A DNA stretch of 64,000 nucleotides from Chloroflexota bacterium (lineage in GTDB: Bacteria; Chloroflexota; UBA6077; SHYK01), in contig JAXDLH010000288.1 of the NCBI GenBank assembly GCA_034666705.1, positions 7,432 through 71,431 of the forward strand, written 5' to 3'. Shown piece after piece: positions 27,300-35,062 of this stretch. Under the pieces are notes generated by a model that did not search any database, had not been told where the DNA came from, and was given only the letters and a program-made list of their open reading frames with translations. The position numbers were made by a program, and so were the translations under genes. Numbering within the stretch: the stretch's first letter is position 1; every line of letters begins with the position of its first letter.

Positions 27300-29320
27300 T
27301 GATCACCCTCTGGCGGCAGGGCGATGATGAAGGTCGTGCCGTGGCCAGGAGTACTGCGAACCTTGATCTGGCCACCGTGATTTTGCATGATGCCCTGGCT
27401 TACCCAGAGCCCGAGGCCCGTGCCCTTCACGTCGCTCTTGGTGGAGTAGAACGGCTCAAAGATATGGGGCAGATGCTCCTCGAGGATGCCGGTGCCCGTG
27501 TCCTGAATCTGGACGAGCACGTACCGCCCCGCGAGAAACTCTGGGTCGGTCTCCCGGGAAAGCCAGGTGGAGATTTTCAGCTTGCCGCCATCCGGCATCG
27601 CCTGCTGGGCGTTCAAAATCAGGTTCAAGAACACCTGCTTGAGCTGATCCGCGGGAGCGAGCACTGGCGGCACATCGCGGTCGAGATTGAAATCGACGGT
27701 CATATTGTGGCGCCGCAACTCGCGATCGAGCAGCGACACCGATTCCTCCAGCACCGTATTCACATTCGTCGGCACTTTGACCACCGCCGGCCGGTAGAAG
27801 CCAAGCATCTGTTGGATGATGCCTGACACCCGGTCCGTCTCCTTGCTGGCGATCTGCAGGAATTTGGCGTTCGGGTCGTCCGGCGCCGTGCGTGACACGA
27901 CGAGGTAGAGTGCGTTCTTGATCGCCTCGAGCGGGTTATTGATCTCATGGGCGACCGTAGCGGCGAGTCGACCCACCGCGGCGAGCTTCTCCGACTCGAA
28001 GAGCTGCTGCTCGACGGTGCGGCGCTCGAGCTCGCGAATCTTCGTCAGGTCGTGGAGAATAGACACCAGCGCAGTGGTCTGTCCCAGCTCGTCTACCACC
28101 TCGGTCGCCATGACGCTCATCGTGAGGTTCTCGCCAGTAGTCGGATCGACGAGCTGGATCTCTCCGCGCTGCTCCCGTGGGGCCTCGAGACGAAGCTGGG
28201 AGAGGAACGAGCTAAGCTTCGCTTCGTTGGCCAGCAACACCGTCGACCGGACCCGCACCTCGCGCCGCTCGGTCTGCAGCAGGCGTCCGGCGGGCTGGTT
28301 CATCAAGATGATCTCGCCCGCGGCGTCGGTAACCACGATCGGATCCGCCACGTTGGCCAGAATCAGGTTCAGTCGATCCCGCTCGCGCTGCGCCTCGTCC
28401 CCAGCGTTCTGCAGGTCGGTCAGAATGCGCTGCAACTGGTCGGCCGCGCGCCGCAGGTCGGTAACGTCGCGCAACACGGATACGAGGCCACGCTCCCCCG
28501 TGCGCAGGTTCGTCGCCTGCTGGCAGATCACCTCGAAGAGCAGCTCGGTACCCTCGAGGGGATCGACGAGGGTAAGCTCGCGCGCCAGTCCCGCGCCTTG
28601 ATCGATCGCGAAGCTGGAGAGCGCGGCGGTGAAGAGAAAATAATTGAGCTCAATCGCGCGGCGCTTGCCGGGGCTGTCATCAGGATTGGGCTTGAGCAGC
28701 CGCTCCGCGTGGATGTTGTAGAACATGATGTTGTTCTGCTCATCGCTGAGCATCACCGGGTCATGCACGGCGTTCAGCATCCACCATAGCCATTCTTTCT
28801 CAATGGCGTGCTGTTCACCGGACTCACGCAGGCGCTTCGCCTCGACACGCTCGGCCACCGTCACCACGAGGCGTCCTGCATATGGCAAGAGCTCGTTCAC
28901 CTCGGCTTCGGTAATCGGCCGATCCTTATCGACGATGAGGACCCCTGAGGCAGGGAGCAGCGGCACCGCCGCGAACGCCAGCATGCCGCAGTCGGCGTAG
29001 TACACCCGGTCCGCCTCAGGGATACGGCCATCCCGCAGCGCATCGTCGACGCGCAGCGGTTTGCCGCTCACGAACGCCTCGCGCAGGGGACCCCGCAGCT
29101 CCTCATTCGGCTCGCGCAGCGCCGCGATGAGCTCGTGAGGAACGTTGACGCCGACCGCGCCCTCGACGATTCCCAATTCGCCGTCGATAAGCGCGACGAA
29201 CGCGCGGTTGTAGCCAAGCGCACGCGCTAACTCGTCGAGCGTCGGCACCACCAGCTCATCCAGCTCGGTGAGACGAGCCGCGAGCCCACGCGTCTCATAG
29301 AGCTCAAGCAGGTCACGCAT
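27296..29320 (-). CDS. cytoplasmic GAF/PAS multi-sensor histidine kinase
   Basis: N-terminal GAF-like region, PAS-like repeats, the H-box VAHEINNPL and an HATPase_c domain (DTGTGI...GTGLGLWVSQGI). There are no transmembrane segments. Confidence 0.8.
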   Translation of the reverse strand: MRDLLELYETRGLAARLTELDELVVPTLDELARALGYNRAFVALIDGELGIVEGAVGVNVPHELIAALREPNEELRGPLREAFVSGKPLRVDDALRDGRIPEADRVYYADCGMLAFAAVPLLPASGVLIVDKDRPITEAEVNELLPYAGRLVVTVAERVEAKRLRESGEQHAIEKEWLWWMLNAVHDPVMLSDEQNNIMFYNIHAERLLKPNPDDSPGKRRAIELNYFLFTAALSSFAIDQGAGLARELTLVDPLEGTELLFEVICQQATNLRTGERGLVSVLRDVTDLRRAADQLQRILTDLQNAGDEAQRERDRLNLILANVADPIVVTDAAGEIILMNQPAGRLLQTERREVRVRSTVLLANEAKLSSFLSQLRLEAPREQRGEIQLVDPTTGENLTMSVMATEVVDELGQTTALVSILHDLTKIRELERRTVEQQLFESEKLAAVGRLAATVAHEINNPLEAIKNALYLVVSRTAPDDPNAKFLQIASKETDRVSGIIQQMLGFYRPAVVKVPTNVNTVLEESVSLLDRELRRHNMTVDFNLDRDVPPVLAPADQLKQVFLNLILNAQQAMPDGGKLKISTWLSRETDPEFLAGRYVLVQIQDTGTGILEEHLPHIFEPFYSTKSDVKGTGLGLWVSQGIMQNHGGQIKVRSTPGHGTTFIIALPPEGDQ

Positions 29321-29359
29321 GACCTAGATCGTCTCCCTCATAGGCATGCTGCATCTCCC

Positions 29360-29641
29360 TTACGTCAGGGGTTCGCGGCGGGCCTCCTGGGGCGGCACAA
29401 CCTCTTCCCGAGGGGCCGGCGCCGCAATCTGCGGACGTGCCACCGGCGAGGTAATACCGACCGCCTCCGCGTACTTCAGGTACGTATCGATCGAGGCGAC
29501 GACGATGCGCGCCTCGACGGTGATGAGGTCGATGCCGACCAGCGAGATGCGCACCCACGCATCGATCACGATGCCTTTATCGAGCACCCGATCGAGCACG
29601 TCGATGAGGCTCGTACCTCCGGGATGTCGCTCTACGGCCAT
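29360..29641 (-). CDS. gvpA: gas vesicle structural protein GvpA
   Basis: [51 protein letters not shown] is the canonical GvpA core. Confidence 0.9.
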   Translation of the reverse strand: MAVERHPGGTSLIDVLDRVLDKGIVIDAWVRISLVGIDLITVEARIVVASIDTYLKYAEAVGITSPVARPQIAAPAPREEVVPPQEARREPLT

Positions 29642-29643
29642 GA

Positions 29644-30006
29644 TTACCTCCTGCCTCTCGGCTGTCGCTGGCGTGTGGGACGAACGGGAGCGGGCTCTGG
29701 CACTGCCGCGCCGGCGACCTGCCGCTCGAGGGCGGCAATCCGCGCCTCCAGGGCGCTAGCGGATTCCACCTCGTCCATTGCGGTGGTACTGAGAAAGTTG
29801 TCGCGTTTCCACCAATCGAGTCCGATCTCCTGCGCTTTGTCGATTGAGCATACGAGCAGACGGATGCGGACGGTGAGCAGCTCGACGTTGGCCAGCGAGA
29901 CCCGGATGTCACCAGCCACGACCAACCCCTTGTCCAGGACGCGGTCAAGAATATCGACGAGGCTCGTCGCGGCAGGTTGATCGCTGCGGCGGGGCTCCAT
30001 CATCAC
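29644..30006 (-). CDS. gvpJ: gas vesicle protein GvpJ (GvpA family)
   Basis: [52 protein letters not shown] matches GvpJ. Confidence 0.8.
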   Translation of the reverse strand: MMMEPRRSDQPAATSLVDILDRVLDKGLVVAGDIRVSLANVELLTVRIRLLVCSIDKAQEIGLDWWKRDNFLSTTAMDEVESASALEARIAALERQVAGAAVPEPAPVRPTRQRQPRGRR

Positions 30007-30659
30007 AGCAGTTGTCCAAGCGGCCCCAGGTCGACGTTTAGATCCGCGTCAGTCAGGCCGAACTGATCGCGAATCTCGGCGAGTTTCTCCTCAAGCTGCA
30101 TGAGCGCCAGCCCCATCTGTTCTATCTGGGCGTCGGAGAGGCCGGTTCCCTCCATGCGGCGGAGCGCCTGGTGCTCCAGCACCTGACGCAGCAGCTCCAC
30201 GAGCGTCAAGACCAGGCGCGCGAGGCTCGACTCAGGTCGCTCTCCTTCCGGGATCACCACCGGTGCGACCCGCCGTGCCGGCCGGCCGCTCGCAGGGTCC
30301 CCAACGGTTGAAGGCGCGCCGAGGATCTCCCCTGGCTTGACCCTTGCAGATGGCCTCGCGCCCGGTCGCGCCAGGTGCGCTGCGAGCATATCCCCATGTC
30401 GCGGACGCACCGGAGATCGCGGCGTCATTGCGTCACGGCTCCCACCGTCCTCCTCCATCGCTCGCCGCATCGTTTCGACGGACGAGACCACAAGGTTCAG
30501 GCCAAGGTACACGAGATCGACACCCCCGAGTGAGACGACGGCCTGACCGGCGAGCACTGCACCGTTGTCGAGCAGGCCATTGACGGCGTCGACGAGCGCG
30601 ATCCGCTCGGCGAGGGCCCCCTCAAGCTGCGCCACGTTGGCCCTCCACCTTGCGGACAA
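30003..30659 (-). CDS. gvpK: GvpA/J-family N-terminal domain fused through a disordered linker to a GvpK domain
   Basis: The N-terminal ~65 aa are GvpA/J/S-like (LVDAVNGLLDNGAVLAGQAVVSLGGVDLVYLGLNLVVSSVE). The C-terminal ~80 aa match GvpK (LARLVLTLVELLRQVLEHQALRRMEGTGLSDAQIEQMGLALMQLEEKL...[13 protein letters not shown]). It is a single uninterrupted 218-codon ORF. Confidence 0.7.
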   Translation of the reverse strand: MSARWRANVAQLEGALAERIALVDAVNGLLDNGAVLAGQAVVSLGGVDLVYLGLNLVVSSVETMRRAMEEDGGSRDAMTPRSPVRPRHGDMLAAHLARPGARPSARVKPGEILGAPSTVGDPASGRPARRVAPVVIPEGERPESSLARLVLTLVELLRQVLEHQALRRMEGTGLSDAQIEQMGLALMQLEEKLAEIRDQFGLTDADLNVDLGPLGQLL

Positions 30660-31512
30660 ACGAATAGGGCGGCCAAGGACCGCTCAACTCCAGGTCGAGC
30701 CCGGCCGTCTGCGCTCGATCCAGGAGGCCGGCGAACACGGCGCCGAATGCCTCACGATGGTCTCGATCCACGAGGAACGCGAGTTTTGCGACGAGTGGAT
30801 GCGGATCGGGAGTCTCTGATACTACGGCATCCTGTTGCACGTCAACGCTCGCCGCGCCCAATTCCCGGGCCGCGCCGCTGAGCTCCTCGTCGAGGAAGCC
30901 GGATGCCTCAGTGGCGAGCAGCGACTCGCGACGTCGCCGCAGCAGATAGGCCTTGCCGGGCGCGCTGCGCTCGATCTCCACGGCCAGCTCGCGCAGAACC
31001 GCGCTGTTTTGTTCCGCAGCTCGCCACACGCGCGCCGGATCCGCATACGCCTTCAGCCCCCATTCCTCCCGGTCGGCGACCTTTTCAAGCAATGCGTGCA
31101 GCTCACTCTCCTGGCCTTCCAGCATGGCGCGCACTCCCTCCGGGCTGCGATAGACCGCCCCGAAGCCCAGCGGCACGATGGGTCCCGCCTGCTCGAACAG
31201 CGTGCGCACCACCGCCTCGTGGCGTACCGCGTATTCAGCAAGCTTCGGCAGATCGGCCGTCAGTGCGTTCAACGGCTCTTCGTCGAAGACGGCGGCAGGC
31301 ACAAGACTGGTCGCTGCGATCAGGCCAGCATGGTTGATGCCAGTGACAGAGGCAAAGGGCACAATACCGAGCACATTACGGCCCGCCAGCACATCCTTCG
31401 AGCTAGGGCCGGCCAGAAGCACGCCGTACACGTACAGCAGCTCGTCGCGTTTCGTGGCCGCAGATCGAGCGGCGCTCTGGCGCGGGGTGCCGGCTTCCAT
31501 GTGACCTGCCAT
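30622..31512 (-). CDS. gvpL: gas vesicle protein GvpL/GvpF family
   Basis: The LYVYGVL start motif and the SGPWPPYSF C-terminal motif are typical of GvpF/L. Confidence 0.8.
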   Translation of the reverse strand: MAGHMEAGTPRQSAARSAATKRDELLYVYGVLLAGPSSKDVLAGRNVLGIVPFASVTGINHAGLIAATSLVPAAVFDEEPLNALTADLPKLAEYAVRHEAVVRTLFEQAGPIVPLGFGAVYRSPEGVRAMLEGQESELHALLEKVADREEWGLKAYADPARVWRAAEQNSAVLRELAVEIERSAPGKAYLLRRRRESLLATEASGFLDEELSGAARELGAASVDVQQDAVVSETPDPHPLVAKLAFLVDRDHREAFGAVFAGLLDRAQTAGLDLELSGPWPPYSFVRKVEGQRGAA

Positions 31513-31520
31513 TGGGGGAT

Positions 31521-31772
31521 TCAGCGCTGCGCTTGCCGCTGTCGAAAGGCACGCGCGGCACGGAGCCGCGCCATGATCTCAGCTTCGGCTTCGGTGTATT
31601 CGTCCTCGGTGATCTCGCCATCGTCGAGTCGGACTTGCAGCAGGAGCAGGTCTTCGCGAATACGCTCCTCGTCGTACAGCTCACGGTCGGCCATATCGCC
31701 GATGGTATTGAAGACGAATTTGACGCCGGCGACTGGCGCGGTCAGTGGTGCCAACAGCAGCTTGAGCAACAT
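31521..31772 (-). CDS. gvpG: gas vesicle protein GvpG
   Basis: 83 aa with the GvpG pattern (LLL.PL..P...V.....E.YDEERIREDLLLLQVRLDDGEITEDEY). Confidence 0.7.
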   Translation of the reverse strand: MLLKLLLAPLTAPVAGVKFVFNTIGDMADRELYDEERIREDLLLLQVRLDDGEITEDEYTEAEAEIMARLRAARAFRQRQAQR

Positions 31773-32599
31773 CAGGACATGGCCCCGGCGCGCTCGAGCT
31801 TGAGCCGAATGTTCACGAAATTGTAAGGTGGCCAGGGGCCGGTGTACTGAAATCGCAGCTTGCCCTCATATCGTTGCGCGATCTCCTGTACCTTCTGGTC
31901 GAACTCAGTCGATTTATCCCGCTCGACGAGGAAGGCGGCATTCAGGATCATCTTGTCGCCGATTGGCTTGTTGTGCCGCGAGGCCGTCGCACAATCGCGG
32001 AGGTGGTCGTAGACCTCTCGCACGTACGTGTCAGACCGTTCCGCGAGGGCCTGCTCGACGAGCCGGCCAAGCTGCATCCGGGCAAAATAGGTTGACGCGA
32101 GCCGATTCGAGAGGATCTCTTCCTTCAGCCGGCGGATGTCTTCGCTCTCCTGCTCGACTTCCTTCAGCACGGTTTCAGGGTCCCAGTTGACCTTTAGACC
32201 AAACTCGATCTTATCCTTGAGTTTGCGCAATACGTCCTGAAGCGCTTCAGACGTGTCCTTCAAGAACTCCACAACGTCATCTTCCGTGCGGAAAACGGTG
32301 CCGAAGCTCATCGGGATGACCGTGAACTCCTTCATTACGGTTTCAATGGCATGCTCATGGGCGAGCGCGTTCTCGCGTGTGGGGTCGTACATCACGACCG
32401 GAGTGTCCGATACCACTGCGGCAAGTGCGCCACGGTGAATCGTATAAAGCTCGTCGTTTCGGCCGCCGATCCCGAGCGGGCCAAAGCCCTGCGGGGCGTC
32501 GCACTCGATGATGCAGTACACGTACTTGCCCTCATCGGCCACCCGTGGCGATCCCGAATCTTCCGTGACGACGGCCGCGGCACGCTCATCCAGATTCAT
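31772..32599 (-). CDS. gvpF: gas vesicle protein GvpF
   Basis: KYVYCII start motif and the C-terminal TGPWPPYNF; GvpF/L fold family. Confidence 0.85.
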   Translation of the reverse strand: MNLDERAAAVVTEDSGSPRVADEGKYVYCIIECDAPQGFGPLGIGGRNDELYTIHRGALAAVVSDTPVVMYDPTRENALAHEHAIETVMKEFTVIPMSFGTVFRTEDDVVEFLKDTSEALQDVLRKLKDKIEFGLKVNWDPETVLKEVEQESEDIRRLKEEILSNRLASTYFARMQLGRLVEQALAERSDTYVREVYDHLRDCATASRHNKPIGDKMILNAAFLVERDKSTEFDQKVQEIAQRYEGKLRFQYTGPWPPYNFVNIRLKLERAGAMS

Positions 32600-32740
32600 C
32601 TCTTGCCCTCACGAGGAATTCGCGGCTGCGGTCCCCGGGCGGCAGCCCCAGCCATGATACCGGTTGCATATCAACTCGTGGAAGATATGAAAAGCACGGG
32701 CACCGCAAATCGGACGGTCCAAACCATGTACCAGTGGCAA

Positions 32741-32769
32741 TTGATTTTCATTCGTACGTGGCGTATACT
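32741..32769 (+). promoter_or_regulatory. sigma70-like promoter TTGATT-17 nt-TATACT for the aro leader
   Basis: -35 TTGATT (32741-32746), a 17-nt spacer, and -10 TATACT (32764-32769), inside an AT-rich divergent intergenic region. Confidence 0.5.
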
Positions 32770-32800
32770 GCGCCTATTCTGTGCAGGAAGGTCAACTGGC

Positions 32801-32878
32801 GTGAGCCTCGACCAGCACGCATTCGCCTACGCGTACTACTTTAGCTGGCGGCACGGAGGGATGCCGGCGGTCAGGTAG
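32801..32878 (+). CDS. aromatic-rich leader peptide (MSLDQHAFAYAYYFSWRHGGMPAVR)
   Basis: 25-codon ORF starting at a GTG that has AGGAAGG 9 nt upstream. Of codons 8-16, six are Phe/Tyr/Trp (F-A-Y-A-Y-Y-F-S-W). It sits between the promoter and a terminator hairpin upstream of DAHP synthase. Confidence 0.55.
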   Translation: MSLDQHAFAYAYYFSWRHGGMPAVR

Positions 32879-32910
32879 CGCTGATCTTCCACAACCCAGG
32901 TGCCGCGGAA

Positions 32911-32936
32911 GCAGAGGATGAGTCCTCTGCTTTTTT
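32911..32936 (+). terminator. attenuator-type intrinsic terminator (GCAGAGGA-tgag-TCCTCTGC followed by TTTTTT)
   Basis: 8-bp GC-rich stem, a 4-nt loop and a U6 tract, 45 nt upstream of the DAHP synthase start. Confidence 0.6.
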
Positions 32937-32980
32937 GTTGCCCATTGAGGAACGAGATTACAACACATCAGGAGGGACGC

Positions 32981-34024
32981 GTGATCATCGTGATGAAGCC
33001 AACCGCCACCCAGAGCGACATCGACCACATCCTCGATCGATTGCATCAGGACGGTTGGGACGGAGAGGTCTCACATGGGACCGAGCGTACCGTGATTGGC
33101 GTCATCGGCACCGGCTTCCCGCCCGACTACCAGGATCACTTCGAGGTGATGGCGGGCGTCGAGTCGGCCACGCGGATCTCCAAGCCGTACAAGCTCGCCA
33201 GCCGCGACTTCAAACCAATCGACACGGTGATTGACGTCAACGGGATCAAGGTCGGCGGCGGCAGCGACTTCGTGGTGATGGCCGGGCCCTGCTCGGTCGA
33301 GGGGCGCGAGCAGCTTATGACGACGGCGAATGCCGTCCAGGAGCATGGAGCCTGCATGCTGCGCGGTGGCGCCTATAAGCCACGCACGTCGCCCTATAGC
33401 TTCCAGGGGATGGGCGAATCCGGACTGAACCTCCTCTCGGAAGCGCGCGACAAGACTGGCCTGCCCGTGATCACTGAGGTAATGGAGCCAGGCGACGTCG
33501 ATCTGGTCGAGAGCTTCAGCGACGTGCTGCAGATCGGCACGCGCAATATGCAGAACTTCCCGCTGTTGAAGCGCGCGGGCCGGTCGAGCAAGCCGGTCAT
33601 GCTCAAGCGTGGCATGTCGGCCACGATTGAAGAGTGGCTCATGGCCGCGGAGTACGTCCTTTCCGAAGGGAACAAGAACGTCATGCTCTGTGAGCGTGGC
33701 ATCCGGACCTTCGAGCCGATGCTGCGCAACACGCTCGATCTCGCCGTCGTGCCGATGCTACGCCGCTTGACGCACTTGCCGATCATCGTCGATCCGAGCC
33801 ACGGCACCGGCAAATGGTACCTGGTGAAACCAATGGCGCTCGCGGCGGCCGCGTGCGGCGCCGACGGCATCATCGTCGAGGTCCATCCCGATCCGGACAA
33901 TGCCTGGTCTGACGGTCCGCAGGCACTCACGCCAGCCAACTTCGCCGACATGATGCACTCGCTCGACGCCGTGGTCACCGCGACGGGCCGCCGCATGTGG
34001 TCGGCCGCAACGGCAACGGTCTAG
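32981..34024 (+). CDS. aroG: 3-deoxy-7-phosphoheptulonate (DAHP) synthase, type I-beta with N-terminal ferredoxin-like regulatory domain
   Basis: Strong resemblance to the Thermotoga-type DAHP synthase (IIVMKP...ERTVIGVIG...KPYKLASRDFKPIDTVIDVNGIKVGGG...IAGPCSVEGREQL...GADGIIVEVHPDPD). GTG start with GGAGGGA upstream. Confidence 0.85.
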   Translation: MIIVMKPTATQSDIDHILDRLHQDGWDGEVSHGTERTVIGVIGTGFPPDYQDHFEVMAGVESATRISKPYKLASRDFKPIDTVIDVNGIKVGGGSDFVVMAGPCSVEGREQLMTTANAVQEHGACMLRGGAYKPRTSPYSFQGMGESGLNLLSEARDKTGLPVITEVMEPGDVDLVESFSDVLQIGTRNMQNFPLLKRAGRSSKPVMLKRGMSATIEEWLMAAEYVLSEGNKNVMLCERGIRTFEPMLRNTLDLAVVPMLRRLTHLPIIVDPSHGTGKWYLVKPMALAAAACGADGIIVEVHPDPDNAWSDGPQALTPANFADMMHSLDAVVTATGRRMWSAATATV

Positions 34025-34174
34025 GCGGATGGCACGGGCACTCGCACCCCGGGCCCCAACCCTCGAGGCCCGTCGTGGGCACTGGCTGTGGGGTAGAGTG
34101 CTCGTGTGGGGCGACGGGTCGACGTCGCCCGTCGCTGGCTTCGGGGTCGACCCCGAGCGCCGGTCGCTGGGCTG

Positions 34175-35032
34175 ATGCCGCGCCTTGCCTACGTGATCGG
34201 GCACCCGATCCGTCACTCGCTGTCGCCGGTGATGCACAATGCCGCCTTCGCGGCGTGTGCCATCGACGGCGAGTACCGGGCAATAGACCTCATGCCGGAA
34301 CAGGTCGCTGACTGGCTGACGGAGCTCAGGGGGTCGAACGCCTACGGCTGCAACGTCACAGTGCCGCATAAGGAGATGGTGGCGCGCCTCGTCGACGACG
34401 TAGCCGGGGACGCGGTACTTGCCGGCGCTGTGAACACGGTGTGCCGCCACCCCACGGATTCGCGGCGGCTCGTCGGTATCAACACAGATACCATCGGGTT
34501 TCGCCGATCGCTCGCGGAAGAGGGCGGGATCTCGTGCCAGGGCCAGCACGTCGTGCTGCTCGGCGCGGGCGGGGCCGCGCGGGCGCTCGCCGTGGTGGCG
34601 CTGCAAGACGGTGCCGCGGAGCTCGTCGTCGTAAACCGCACGGAGGCAAGGGCCGAAGTGCTCCTCGCATCACTGAATGCGCTTGTTGGGCCGTGCCGAA
34701 CCCGAGCGGTGGCCCTGGGCGACCCAACGCTGGAGGCGGAGCTTGCGAGCGCGACGCTCGTCGTCAACGCGACGTCGGTGGGACTCGGCTCGACCGAGTT
34801 GCCTGCCGATCCAGCATCGGTCTCAACGGGCTGTATGGTAATGGACATTATCTATAACCCGCGCGCCACCGCTTTCCTCATCGCGGCAGCGCGTGCCGGC
34901 GCCCATACCGTCGGTGGCCTGGGCATGCTGGTCCATCAGGCGGGGGCCGCCTTCGAACAGTGGACCGGTGTCCGGCCGCCCGTCGAGGTGATGCGCGCCG
35001 CCGCCGAGCAGGCGCTTAGCATCCCCGCCTGA
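34175..35032 (+). CDS. aroE: shikimate dehydrogenase
   Basis: YVIGHPIRHSLSPVMHNAAF...NVTVPHK...GAGGAARA match AroE. ATG at 34175; the track ORF starts at 34106. Confidence 0.85.
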   Translation: MPRLAYVIGHPIRHSLSPVMHNAAFAACAIDGEYRAIDLMPEQVADWLTELRGSNAYGCNVTVPHKEMVARLVDDVAGDAVLAGAVNTVCRHPTDSRRLVGINTDTIGFRRSLAEEGGISCQGQHVVLLGAGGAARALAVVALQDGAAELVVVNRTEARAEVLLASLNALVGPCRTRAVALGDPTLEAELASATLVVNATSVGLGSTELPADPASVSTGCMVMDIIYNPRATAFLIAAARAGAHTVGGLGMLVHQAGAAFEQWTGVRPPVEVMRAAAEQALSIPA

Positions 35033-35062
35033 GGCACGACTCTCCCAACGCCCGCGAGGTGT

